A stretch of DNA of 64,000 nt from Planctomycetota bacterium (lineage in GTDB: Bacteria > Planctomycetota > UBA11346), in contig JANPLC010000241.1 in the NCBI GenBank assembly GCA_031426335.1, forward strand, positions 1,828 to 65,827, written 5' to 3'. Numbering within the stretch: the stretch's first letter is position 1; every line of letters starts with the position of its first letter. A model generated the notes under the pieces. It was not told where the DNA came from, ran no database searches, and saw nothing but the letters and a program-made list of their open reading frames with translations. The position numbers and the translations under genes were made by a program. Below are positions 32,388 through 41,090 of the stretch, piece after piece.

Positions 32388-32586
32388 GGAACACGCGGAA
32401 CACTAGGAACACGGTGACGGGCTTCAGAGACTCACACCTACCAGTCGGATGTCAGCGCTCTGGTCTGCGCCCGCGTGACCTCTGATCGATGCTCGCTAGG
32501 CACTTACTCGACCGTTCACTAAACACTGACGATAAGCACACAAACACCGGCTGGTCCCTCATTGTTCTCAGTGTTCCTGGTGTTCC
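32388..32586. promoter_or_regulatory. Iteron-like repeats (candidate replication origin/operator of the island)
   Basis: GGAACAC x3 at 9-bp period (32388-32394, 32397-32403, 32406-32412). Inverted GTGTTCC x2 at the same period (32571-32577, 32580-32586), plus a degenerate copy at 32562-32568. The ~150-bp spacer contains AAACAC variants. Lies immediately 3' of the primase gene. Confidence 0.4.
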
Positions 32587-33914
32587 GGGTGGTTGGTAGT
32601 CAGGGACGATTGGGGAAGAAGTGCTGCGCGGAAATACTCCGGCACGTCGTAGATCCACTCCAAGCGATCTGCCAAGCGCACCCGGCGACGATTGAAGGCG
32701 AGGGCCGTTAGTCGCTGGCCGAGGCGAGCCATCTCCAACGGACGCGCGCCGTTTGCTTGGCACCAGTACAGGAAGCGCAGGCGGGTGTGGCGGCAGAGTT
32801 CGCCGCAGGTGGCGTCGTAGGCGGGAATGTCCTCAGGATCGGTGCCAGGCGGCGACCAGCAGAGGCGCTGCCAGCGTTCGTCCTCCAGCCAACCGGTGAC
32901 GGCGTCGCGGGCGATCAGGGCGAGTTGGCGCTGGCGCAGTTCTGGTAATACGGCGTGGATCGGCGGGGCGTCGTGTTCGTTCACGGCGCGCCACAGCAAA
33001 TCGATATTGATGGCATTGATGGCGGACCAATCCACCGCGCCGCTGGGATTCACGTCCAATTGATGGAAACGACGCGCACCGGTAGTGTCATTGACCAGGA
33101 GCGACACCGGTTCGTTGGCCGTGCCGGCGAAGGTCATCAAGCGCCGTGCTGTGATGCGGCCGTTCTCGCGCATGCGGCGGTAGCTGACGGCCGGTTGGGT
33201 GATGACGCGCTTGATGTCGGCGGCCTCGGTGGTGCTGACGCGGGCCATTTCATCAAGGATGCCAATGGCGTGCGTGGCCATGACCTGCGCTTCGCGTTCA
33301 TCGCTGAACGTGCGCGCGCTAACGTCGATCACCAGTTCGCCGAGTGGTTCGACCAACCGGCGCAGCGCCGTGCTTTTGCCGGTGCCCTGGACGTGGCCGT
33401 AGATCACCAGCATCAGTTCATCGTGAGTTGGCAGACCAGCGAGACGGCGTTTCACCTGCCAGAGCCAATGACATACCACGGTGGTATCCACTGAATCGGT
33501 GCGGCCGGTGATGGCGGCACACCAGGCGGCGACTTCGTCGGCCCCGCGTTGATCCACCGGCTGATCAAGCAGACGGCCGGTGATGGCAGCGTAGCGTTCG
33601 CGTGCGTCCTGACGCGCGAGTTCCTCGAAGATCGCTTGGAGCGTGGCTTCGCTGGCGCGCACGCCCTGGGAACGCAAGGCGAACCACAGTGAACGCGCCA
33701 ATGCCCCATGGGCTGCGTCGGCACCGGCGATGTCGCCGAGCGCGCCATCAGCCGCCAAGCGATACGTCCCGGTGGCGTCGACCGCCAAGCCGCGCGAGTG
33801 ACGATGACGGCGGCATGCTTCGACCATTTTAGCGAAGGTGAAACCGTCGGTCAGCGGCGGCGCGGACTTTGCTGGTGATGATGTCGGCGTTGGATCAGTG
33901 AGGAGGCGAGGCAT
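32568..33914 (-). CDS. VapE / P4-type primase-helicase family NTPase
   Basis: Start at the internal ATG 33914 ('MPRLLTDPTP'). Walker A 'GHVQGTGKSTALRRL', Walker B-like 'AIGILDEM', and 'LMTFAGTANE...TGARRFHQLDV', typical of virulence-associated protein E / D5-like helicases. Confidence 0.8.
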   Translation of the reverse strand: MPRLLTDPTPTSSPAKSAPPLTDGFTFAKMVEACRRHRHSRGLAVDATGTYRLAADGALGDIAGADAAHGALARSLWFALRSQGVRASEATLQAIFEELARQDARERYAAITGRLLDQPVDQRGADEVAAWCAAITGRTDSVDTTVVCHWLWQVKRRLAGLPTHDELMLVIYGHVQGTGKSTALRRLVEPLGELVIDVSARTFSDEREAQVMATHAIGILDEMARVSTTEAADIKRVITQPAVSYRRMRENGRITARRLMTFAGTANEPVSLLVNDTTGARRFHQLDVNPSGAVDWSAINAINIDLLWRAVNEHDAPPIHAVLPELRQRQLALIARDAVTGWLEDERWQRLCWSPPGTDPEDIPAYDATCGELCRHTRLRFLYWCQANGARPLEMARLGQRLTALAFNRRRVRLADRLEWIYDVPEYFRAALLPQSSLTTNHPEHQEH

Positions 33915-33918
33915 GGGT

Positions 33919-34185
33919 TCACCGCAGGTGGGGATGAGGAAAAAGTTCTTCAACCAAGGCGCCGTGCACAGGATGGCGGCGACGAACCACGGCTGGCCAA
34001 GGTTCGCCATCGCAATCCACCAGCACGCGTTCGCCGGGCAGCAGGGTCGCGCCGGTGGCGAACTCCGCTAACCGCTGAACGTTGCCAGCGGTCAGCACGG
34101 TCACGCGTTCATCACTGGCGATGACCGCCACGCGAGGAGCGGGCTCGCCAGGAAAGCGCAGTGATGATGCTGGGGAATGGGGCAT
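33919..34185 (-). CDS. Hypothetical protein
   Basis: 88-aa ORF in the operon between the HTH genes and the primase. It ends 4 nt before the primase start. No motifs recognised. Confidence 0.45.
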   Translation of the reverse strand: MPHSPASSLRFPGEPAPRVAVIASDERVTVLTAGNVQRLAEFATGATLLPGERVLVDCDGEPWPAVVRRRHPVHGALVEELFPHPHLR

Positions 34186-34268
34186 GGATGCGCGTGGTGC
34201 AGGTCGTGCGTATTCAAGAGGTGAAGAAAACCCGGCGAGATGTGCGCCGGGCCTTCGACTTGGAAATT

Positions 34269-34412
34269 TCAGACGGTGACGAGGTCCTCGTCTTCATCGT
34301 CATTCGTGTCGTTCTGTTCTTCGGCGTCGTCATCATCCACCTCGGGGTCGTCGTGATAAACACGGCGCGTGATGGTTTCCTCGATCAGCCGGCGTTTGGG
34401 GTTGGGGATCAT
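34269..34412 (-). CDS. Small, highly acidic protein
   Basis: Internal ATG at 34412 overlaps the upstream stop (ATGA). 'MIPNPKRRLIEETITRRVYHDDPEVDDDDAEEQNDTNDDEDEDLVTV'. Confidence 0.35.
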   Translation of the reverse strand: MIPNPKRRLIEETITRRVYHDDPEVDDDDAEEQNDTNDDEDEDLVTV

Positions 34413-34762
34413 GATGCCTCCGTGCCCGTGGTGGGCGGTGGTGGGGTGATGTCGAGTGAGCTGCGATGGTTGCGGTCGGGATCCCAGCGCGCGGCATCGG
34501 CGGCGCGGATGAACCAACCGAGCTTGCCGCCTTTGGTGTTGCGGCGGATCGCCGGCAAGTGCCCTTGGGACAACGCATGCAGCACGCGCGACAGGCGACA
34601 GCGCTTGAGGGTGCGCACTTCTGACGGCGTCATAAGTCGTTCGGCATCCGCCTGAGCGCTGGTCAGCAATCCTGGCAGTCGAAGGACGAGTTTCGCCAGC
34701 AAGGCATCGGCCACCTGCTCGGCGAAGGCGTGATCATCAGTGACGACCTGAACACGGCTCAT
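34409..34762 (-). CDS. Excisionase-family HTH (HTH_17-like) DNA-binding protein
   Basis: Start ATG 34762 is coupled to the upstream stop. 'LMTPSEVRTLKRCRLSRVLHALSQGHLPAIRRNTKGGKLGWFIRAADAARW' resembles MerR-superfamily excisionase/AlpA HTH. Confidence 0.55.
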   Translation of the reverse strand: MSRVQVVTDDHAFAEQVADALLAKLVLRLPGLLTSAQADAERLMTPSEVRTLKRCRLSRVLHALSQGHLPAIRRNTKGGKLGWFIRAADAARWDPDRNHRSSLDITPPPPTTGTEAS

Positions 34763-34965
34763 GGCAGCGCTCCAACCACCACCTGGTTCGTTAGTCGCGT
34801 GATTTCGGTCGCAGGAATCAACCACGGCTGACGCCCAGGGCCGGTGCCGCGGATTGCACCGCGCACGAAGCCACGGCGACACCAGCGATGGATAGTGGAG
34901 AGATGACGACCCGCCGCGCGCGCAAGCGTGGTCGCTGGTTGGTAGGAATCGTTCGTCGTCGACAT
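34759..34965 (-). CDS. AlpA/excisionase-like HTH regulator
   Basis: 'YQPATTLARAAGRHLSTIHRWCRRGFVRGAIR...WLIPATEITRL' fits the AlpA/Xis pattern (helix-turn-helix plus wing). First gene of the island's leftward operon. Confidence 0.65.
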   Translation of the reverse strand: MSTTNDSYQPATTLARAAGRHLSTIHRWCRRGFVRGAIRGTGPGRQPWLIPATEITRLTNQVVVGALP

Positions 34966-35298
34966 CGGCCACCTCTCGCGCACGTTGCGCTCGTGGTGCC
35001 GGTCTACTGCGCCATCAATTCATTGTCATTAGTGATGACGAATGTGGTAAAAATGTAGGCGCAATGTTTGCTCGCCCCATCAGCTCAGGCAGAGTTCTGA
35101 CGCGCTGAGATCGCGGGAAGCGCATGGGAGTTGGCAGACGACCATGGTGAATTGATGGTTTGCGCGCGTGAATGGCTGCCACGTCCCGAGGTTACGATTC
35201 CCCGGAAAATGCCGGGCGTTTCTCTGATTCCGGTCATGCAGACCCGAGCCTGATAAGGTGAGAGGCCGTGACCGAGATCACGATCCGCAATCTGGTCC

Positions 35299-35320
35299 GA
35301 GTTGATACAAAGTTGATATA
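35299..35320 (+). repeat. Tandem 11-mer GAGTTGATACA AAGTTGATATA (candidate integrase arm-type sites)
   Basis: Same RAGTTGATAYR motif, orientation and trailing GGG as 11892-11913. Lies 48 bp inside the right att repeat. Confidence 0.55.
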
Positions 35321-35368
35321 GGGCGAATATTCGGCCCCGAGTCAAAGCCGTAAGTGTCTGCTATTTAA

Positions 35369-35384
35369 AAAGTTACCCCGCCTG
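35369..35384. repeat. Right copy of the 16-bp direct repeat AAAGTTACCCCGCCTG (candidate att core, junction between island and prophage)
   Basis: Identical to 11754-11769. On its right, 43 bp separate it from the stop of the prophage distal tail gene. Confidence 0.65.
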
Positions 35385-35427
35385 CATGGTGTACGAACCT
35401 TGACGGTCCGGCTTCCACGGCGGCCGG

Positions 35428-38124
35428 TCACGCTCCCGCGGCGTAGATTCGCGGGTCATAGGGCTGGCACGTCAACTCTACCTCGGTCTCGCTCCGGGGC
35501 ATGACCTTGGTGACCACCACGTCCTGGCACCATGTGGTCCCCGGTCCGAACAGGTAGGCGGTGCGGTCGCCGTTGGACAGGTCTAGCCGTGGGGTGAAGT
35601 CCAGCGCGCCCACCAGGGTGAAGGCGTTGGGGTTGTCGGCCACCTCGGTGACCGCCCACGGGCCGGAGAGGCTGCCGTCCGGCTTGCGGAGCCCGACGTA
35701 GTGCGCGCTGGAGGGCGTCCAGGTCAATGGCTCGCTGGTGGTGTAGGTGGTGCCGCTGATGGCCAGGAGCGCCCCGGATTGGCCCCAGGCGGGCACGTCG
35801 TGGCTGATGGCGATGAGGTCGCCCACCAGTGGGATATGGCCGTCCATTTCGGTAGTGAACCGGATAACCTTGCGCTGATAGGCATCGACGCGCGCCAGGT
35901 ACGTGGCCTCGCGCTGCGCCTGTGCTTGGTTGGTCACGCCGAACAGGTCGACCGATGCCGGCCGCAGCGGGGCGCCGCCGCCCACCGTCGCCTCAATGTG
36001 TGCTTGCCGCCAGGTGTTGGGGTCGATCCATGCCAGCTCGATGCCGTCCGGGTCGTCGGCCTGTCGGAATGTGTACTCAATTCCCAGGCTGCCCTTTTTC
36101 ATGTGCTGCGGGGAATAGAGCGCCGTGCGGATGGTGCGCGCTTGGTCGCGTACGAACGTCACCACGCCACCGCTAACGATGGGCGTTGCACGGCCAGCGC
36201 GGGCAATGCGCGTGAGCGTTTCCCATACCGTAATGGTCTGGTCAAAGACGCCGTCGAAAAAGTCGCCGCGGGCGGCCCAAATGCCGTCCAGCTCCAACAG
36301 CTTGGCCAAGTCGATCCGGCTCTCCGGTAGGTCGGCGCCGTAGTCGCCATTGCGCAACACGTCAGCGAGTGCCCATGCTGGTGAGCGCGTGGCCTGTGGC
36401 GCGCTCCAGGTGGCGCCGTTCCACACTGGCAGCTTGCGCGTGGCGATGATGTTGATTTGCCGCGCAACGTCCTGCGGGATTTGTTCGGTGGCCTTCACGC
36501 GCAGGGCGTACAGCGTTACGTCCGCGTAGGTGCCGACGCTCGGCAGATACCCGCGCATGCCTGCCCAGGTGGTTTCGTCGGGAATGTTGGCATTGAACGG
36601 TGACGCGGTGGTGCGACGGACGCGAACCTCCCAGCGATTGGCGGACGTTGGCGGATTGTAGCGGAAGGACACGCGCACCGCTGACAGGTTGTTGCGGGTG
36701 ATCGACTCCGTTCCCAGCGTGGTCCACGTGCCGGGGCCGGTCGGGTCGCCGTTGTTGTCGATCGGCCGCGCCTGGAACTCAACGCCCACGGTGTACTCCG
36801 CGCCGTTGTTGGTCAGTCCCTTGGCAAAAAGAATATCCAGGCCGATCGCCTGCAAGTCGGTGTTGGCCGCGTTCACCGGAAACGGGCCGACGTAGCCACC
36901 ACTGGCCAGGATGATGTACGGGTTGGCGAGCGTTTCGCCCACGATCGTTTCCAGCACGGTGGCGCTGGCGCCGCTGGGGTCGACGGTGTCGAGCGTGAGC
37001 GTTGCGTTGTTGCTCGCCGTGTTGCTGATGGTGATGGAGTCGCCGGGCTTGAGTCGGATAAATCGCTTGAGCGTCGGGTCTGAAATGGTCTTCGTTCCGG
37101 CGGTGAACGTGACGTTGCCGGCAATGATCAATGTAATATTGGGACCCGCCGCAACGGGGTCGCGCACCACGCTGGCAGCATTCGGAGATTCGTCAGTGAA
37201 CACGGACCCGCTTGCCGCCACCCACAGGCCACCGGCGTCCATGGTGGTGATCACGTGCGTTCCGGCGTTGGCGCAGTTGGCCAGTATGATGGAGTCACCC
37301 ACGAGGCAGTCGATAAAAAGCGCCGGGTTGTCGAGCGCGGTTATTCGCTTGGTCGCGGCGGTGATCTGCACGCGACCATTGCCCGGAAGGTTCGCGTCGT
37401 TGGTCGCGCGGAGTAGCTGACCCTGGACGAGGCTGGAGGTGCTGACGTTGTCTTCAAACAGCGTCAGCGTATCGCCGGGCGCCACGATCTGTGACGTAAA
37501 GTTGGACAGCCTGGTGACGACAGATTCAGCAATGCGGACCTCTTCAATGTCGAACTCTCCATTTCCGAGACAAAGCACCATAAAAAGGTATTGGTCGTTG
37601 CTGTCGTACTCGGTGTAGGGGTTGGCGATGAGGTCCGGCACGATGCGGTGGGTTCCATAGAGGGCCGGGATGGGCTCACCGATGCGGCGACGGTTGACCA
37701 CGTCGAGCGCGTAGGTTGGCGAACCGCTTTCAAATTGCAGCGCACTTGGGACGCGTGGCGTCTGGATCAGCAGCGATGAGGCGAGGCCGACCACGCCGCC
37801 AGCGATGAGCGCGACGCCGACGCCGGCCAGCGGGGTGAACAGCAGTACCGCGCCAATGGCTATCATGCCGATGGACACCCACATGCCGGCGTTTTTTCCA
37901 CCGGCCACTAGGCGCACGGCAACCACCGCGGCGCCGGATTCTATTGGGCGCTCCCACTCCGCTTGCAGCACCCACACGCCATTTATTGAAACCACGGCCG
38001 GGCGGCCGTCCGCCATGTCCGCAGAGCGCAGGCAATCGCGCACCGTGCGACCGGACGGCAACTCTGACAGCTCGCGGCGGTGCGGTTGGAACGGGTCGGC
38101 GCAGGCAAGCAGCTTTATGGTCAT
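35428..38124 (-). CDS. Tail tip / host-specificity protein (lambda gpI-like N-terminus fused to a gpJ-like body)
   Basis: Start at the internal ATG 38124 ('MTIKLLACADPF...') coupled to the upstream stop. The N-terminal ~120 aa with TM-like 'WVSIGMIAIGAVLLFTPLAGVGVALIAGGVVGLA' resemble tail assembly protein I. The remainder is a large J-like protein in terminal position. Confidence 0.7.
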   Translation of the reverse strand: MTIKLLACADPFQPHRRELSELPSGRTVRDCLRSADMADGRPAVVSINGVWVLQAEWERPIESGAAVVAVRLVAGGKNAGMWVSIGMIAIGAVLLFTPLAGVGVALIAGGVVGLASSLLIQTPRVPSALQFESGSPTYALDVVNRRRIGEPIPALYGTHRIVPDLIANPYTEYDSNDQYLFMVLCLGNGEFDIEEVRIAESVVTRLSNFTSQIVAPGDTLTLFEDNVSTSSLVQGQLLRATNDANLPGNGRVQITAATKRITALDNPALFIDCLVGDSIILANCANAGTHVITTMDAGGLWVAASGSVFTDESPNAASVVRDPVAAGPNITLIIAGNVTFTAGTKTISDPTLKRFIRLKPGDSITISNTASNNATLTLDTVDPSGASATVLETIVGETLANPYIILASGGYVGPFPVNAANTDLQAIGLDILFAKGLTNNGAEYTVGVEFQARPIDNNGDPTGPGTWTTLGTESITRNNLSAVRVSFRYNPPTSANRWEVRVRRTTASPFNANIPDETTWAGMRGYLPSVGTYADVTLYALRVKATEQIPQDVARQINIIATRKLPVWNGATWSAPQATRSPAWALADVLRNGDYGADLPESRIDLAKLLELDGIWAARGDFFDGVFDQTITVWETLTRIARAGRATPIVSGGVVTFVRDQARTIRTALYSPQHMKKGSLGIEYTFRQADDPDGIELAWIDPNTWRQAHIEATVGGGAPLRPASVDLFGVTNQAQAQREATYLARVDAYQRKVIRFTTEMDGHIPLVGDLIAISHDVPAWGQSGALLAISGTTYTTSEPLTWTPSSAHYVGLRKPDGSLSGPWAVTEVADNPNAFTLVGALDFTPRLDLSNGDRTAYLFGPGTTWCQDVVVTKVMPRSETEVELTCQPYDPRIYAAGA

Positions 38125-38522
38125 GCGCGGTCCCGGTGGCGGTAGAACTTGAACGATCCCCAGCCGACCACCGCAAGCGCGCGGATCGGCGCGACCGTCA
38201 CGCCGAGCGGTTCGGCGCAGTGTGCAACCAGTCCACCGTCCGTTGCCAGCCAAACGCCCACGTGGTGCGGCCGTGCGCGTCGCCCCATCGCCACCGCGTC
38301 ACCATCGCGCGGGATCGACACCGGGCACCACCGACCGCTGCCGGCCTCGGTGTAGGCAAAGGGAACGTCCCGTGCGGTGTCGCCTGCCACGTGGCCCAGC
38401 TCGTGCAGCTCGATTCCGTAGGCTTGGCGATAGACCAGGCGGAGGAACTCCCAGCAATCGAATGCTGGCGGCTCCCACGGTCGACCGACCAACGGCGCAA
38501 CGATGGCGGCGAGGTCAGACAC
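38121..38522 (-). CDS. NlpC/P60-family tail protein (lambda gpK-like)
   Basis: 'FDCWEFLRLVYRQ' (catalytic Cys) and 'PHHVGVWL' (His). Probable GTG start at 38522 overlaps the upstream stop. The ORF track's start at 38600 would overlap the upstream gene by 86 nt. Confidence 0.65.
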   Translation of the reverse strand: MSDLAAIVAPLVGRPWEPPAFDCWEFLRLVYRQAYGIELHELGHVAGDTARDVPFAYTEAGSGRWCPVSIPRDGDAVAMGRRARPHHVGVWLATDGGLVAHCAEPLGVTVAPIRALAVVGWGSFKFYRHRDRA

Positions 38523-39039
38523 GGGGCGCGAGCCCTGGGAACTCCTCAACCGTGTAGATGCGGCGAGGGAAACGACGGTTGAGGAAATCCGCGTGGGCAC
38601 ACATGCACGTCACCTGCATGGCGTCGGCTGAAATGCGCGTCACGTCGAGCGTCAGCGGCGGCGTCATTTGCGGCGCGGTGGTGTCGGTCGACAGGTACGG
38701 GCGATATGTTGCCTTTATCGGCGTTTCGCTGGCGAGGTCTGCGGCCTCCAGGAGCGGCATCAAAAGCTGTGCCACGTTGTCGATCTGGATTTGCAACTCC
38801 TGCCGGCCCTCGCCTACCTGTGGCAGCGTGAAGCGAAACGGGCAGGCGGTGAATAGCACGGCGTCGCCAGCGTCCACCGGCGCTTCGTCCTCCAGTGTGG
38901 CGGTCAGGTCTGCGAAGTCCGCAACCAGACGGATGGGGTCCGCCCACGTCGGATGCCATAGCTCCATGGTGTGGAGAATGACAACCGTGGGCGGCGCGCT
39001 GGCGTATGCCTCGGCAAGGGCCTCGGTGAGCGTTGCCAT
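38515..39039 (-). CDS. DUF1833-like minor tail protein
   Basis: Start ATG 39039 (TAATG overlap with upstream). 'VVILHTMELWHP..ADPIRLVAD...FTACPFRFTLPQVGEGRQELQIQIDNV' fits the DUF1833 pattern. Confidence 0.55.
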   Translation of the reverse strand: MATLTEALAEAYASAPPTVVILHTMELWHPTWADPIRLVADFADLTATLEDEAPVDAGDAVLFTACPFRFTLPQVGEGRQELQIQIDNVAQLLMPLLEAADLASETPIKATYRPYLSTDTTAPQMTPPLTLDVTRISADAMQVTCMCAHADFLNRRFPRRIYTVEEFPGLAPRV

Positions 39040-41087
39040 TAGTTTGGCACGTCGACGCCGGTTTGGGAAATCTGCACCCACGCCGAGCCAGTAAACTTGA
39101 AGCTAACGGAGCGATTCTGGCCATTCGCTGGGTTGGTCCATGCCGACTTGTAATAGGCTCCATCCCACGTGATGGCGCCTAATGCACCGCCGCTGCCATT
39201 CTTGATCGTCAGTGTGATAATCTGCCCAAGATTGCCCTTGGTTGGCGCGTTTATCGTGAACGCGGTTCCGTTGGTCGCCGTGATCTCAAACACGGTTCCG
39301 CTTGTCGCGTCCGGTGTCATCGACGCGGAATAGGTGATGGCGTTATTGCCATATCCGATCGTAGCGCCGGCATCCTTGGCAATCGCAGCGCCGGTCGTGT
39401 TTTTAATGATGTTACCCTGTTGATACAGGGTTGAGGTGTCCAATGCGTTGATGCCGTTCGTGGTGCTGTCACGAATGATGCAGTCTTTGACAAATGCCTC
39501 CGAGGCATTCTGTGTGATCACGCCATAGCTTCCGCCGCTGAGGTAAGACGACGCAACAACGTGCGCGGTTCCGTTCTGGAACTGAATGCATGCGTCCGTT
39601 GTTCCAGAAATGTGCGCGTCTTTCACCTGGACGCCTGCGCCGCGGTTGACAAGGATTCCTTGGGTAACGCCGCCACGGATGCGTATGTCTGAAAGAATTA
39701 GGCTCCTAACTTCACCGAATGCAGCAGTCCCGGAAACAAGAATTGCAGGACCAGGACCGCCGTACGTTGGAGTTTCTGCCGAGATAGTCACATCGGAGAC
39801 GATTGTATCCAAAAGGTTGCCGGCGTATGCGCCTGGGATGCCCACCTGGATAGCACCAACTGACCCAAGCCAGCCGAGCACGGAAAGCCCATTAATCACG
39901 TTGCCGTGCCTGTCGCTTCCGTTGGCATTGGTGATCGCCGCGCCTGCCCCGCAGTAGCGAGCGGTACAGCCAGAAATGATTCCATTATTGGACGACTCCA
40001 ACACGAAACCGGTGTCCGTGCAGTTCGTCGCAATGCAGCCTATTATTACGTTCTGCTCGCCGCTCGTAAATATGGCGTCGGCATCTTTCGACGGAGAAAG
40101 CCCCGCCTCTCCGCAGTCAATGATAACACACCCCTCAAGGCGGCAGCGGGTTGATTGACCGGCGGCGAAAAGTGCAACGGCGGAGCCGCCGTTGTATCCC
40201 AGGGCATTCTGTGCGCGCACGTTGATGAGGTGGCATTCGGTGCATGCGCTAAAGCCTGCGCACATATAACGGATGGACTGGCTAGCTTTTCGGTTGTCCT
40301 TGTTGGCGTCAAAGTTGATGTCCCGAGCGACAACTCCGGCCCTTCCGGTTGCTAGCAACATATATTCAAACTGCGTTGATGCCTTGGCCTTGATGAGGGC
40401 GGGACCTCTGATTGTCACGTTGTCCGTGCCGGGGGTTAGTTGACTACCAATGATATAGGTTCCGGCCTGGAACCGCAGAGTCCCATAGGCCGGCGTTGCA
40501 TCAATGGCGGCCTGGATTGCGGTGGTGTCGTCCGTTGTTCCGTCTCCCTTGGCACCGAACCACCGAACGTCTAGCTCGCCGTCGTAGACACGAAGCCAGC
40601 GGCCGGTTGCTGGCGCGGCGGTCGGGATGATGACCGTCCCGCCGTTATCGGTCACGCTCGATGCACTGTCCCAGCGGAAAATGCCGCCGCCGAGGTCGCC
40701 GGCCGCGTAGTAGCCAAGCACCAGAATTGTCCCGTAGGTATTGGCTGCGGCCTTGAGGAGGGCCATGGTGTCCACCACTGACGTGGCGGTGTAATGAACT
40801 ATCCACTTTCCTGCGGCAAGATCGTTAGCGAAGGCCGCCGCGGAGGTGTGCGCGGTGACACAACGGTAAGCGGTCCCGCTCGACGTTACCACCTCGCCCA
40901 GCGCGTACGCGGTTAGCGTCACCCAGGCGCCGCGCACAGTTCCGGCGCCCATGCTGGTGAGGAGTCGCGCAAGACTTGGAACCTGGCCGCCGTCCGTCGC
41001 CACCGTGGTGGCCGCGTCGCCGTTTACGATCTGTTGCAGCTTCGGGCGATCCAAGGCAATGCGGGCGATGTCGGTTGCAAGGCTCAT
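39039..41087 (-). CDS. Tailspike/fibre with pectate-lyase-3-type right-handed beta-helix (putative polysaccharide depolymerase)
   Basis: 'LDVRWFGAKGDGTTDDTTAIQAAIDA...GTLRFQAGTYII' is the Pectate_lyase_3 hallmark. It is followed by repetitive beta-helix-like 'N.I.G....' segments. Confidence 0.7.
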   Translation of the reverse strand: MSLATDIARIALDRPKLQQIVNGDAATTVATDGGQVPSLARLLTSMGAGTVRGAWVTLTAYALGEVVTSSGTAYRCVTAHTSAAAFANDLAAGKWIVHYTATSVVDTMALLKAAANTYGTILVLGYYAAGDLGGGIFRWDSASSVTDNGGTVIIPTAAPATGRWLRVYDGELDVRWFGAKGDGTTDDTTAIQAAIDATPAYGTLRFQAGTYIIGSQLTPGTDNVTIRGPALIKAKASTQFEYMLLATGRAGVVARDINFDANKDNRKASQSIRYMCAGFSACTECHLINVRAQNALGYNGGSAVALFAAGQSTRCRLEGCVIIDCGEAGLSPSKDADAIFTSGEQNVIIGCIATNCTDTGFVLESSNNGIISGCTARYCGAGAAITNANGSDRHGNVINGLSVLGWLGSVGAIQVGIPGAYAGNLLDTIVSDVTISAETPTYGGPGPAILVSGTAAFGEVRSLILSDIRIRGGVTQGILVNRGAGVQVKDAHISGTTDACIQFQNGTAHVVASSYLSGGSYGVITQNASEAFVKDCIIRDSTTNGINALDTSTLYQQGNIIKNTTGAAIAKDAGATIGYGNNAITYSASMTPDATSGTVFEITATNGTAFTINAPTKGNLGQIITLTIKNGSGGALGAITWDGAYYKSAWTNPANGQNRSVSFKFTGSAWVQISQTGVDVPN

Positions 41088-41090
41088 AGG

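Larger units (their letters stand above)
11754..35384. mobile_element. Integrative genomic island (P4/PICI-like backbone: integrase, AlpA-like HTH x2, VapE primase-helicase) carrying a polymorphic-toxin cargo
   Basis: Bounded by perfect 16-bp direct repeats. Arm-type 11-mer pairs lie inside both ends. The integrase is adjacent to one end and the regulatory/replication module to the other. Composition is mosaic. Confidence 0.7.

Noticed and set aside
32185-32412. 'PxG'-rich N-terminal extension of ORF 31936-32412 (collagen-like?)
   Set aside because: The pattern is simply the translation of the G-run/C-run tract. Both strands give similar Pro/Gly-rich ORFs. Only the C-terminal 82 aa (from ATG 32184) look protein-like.
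35085-35345. 86-aa minus-strand ORF at the right end of the island
   Set aside because: It has an alternative (TTG) start. It spans the tandem 11-mer arm sites and the presumed promoter region. No motifs were recognised, so it is more likely non-coding att-arm DNA.
35385-35427. A tRNA gene to the right of the second att repeat
   Set aside because: The minus-strand reading (…AAGGTTCGTACACCATG|CAGGCGGGGTAAC) has only a partial T-loop-like GGTTCG and no pairing T-stem or anticodon arm. The tail gene stop codon lies 43 bp away.
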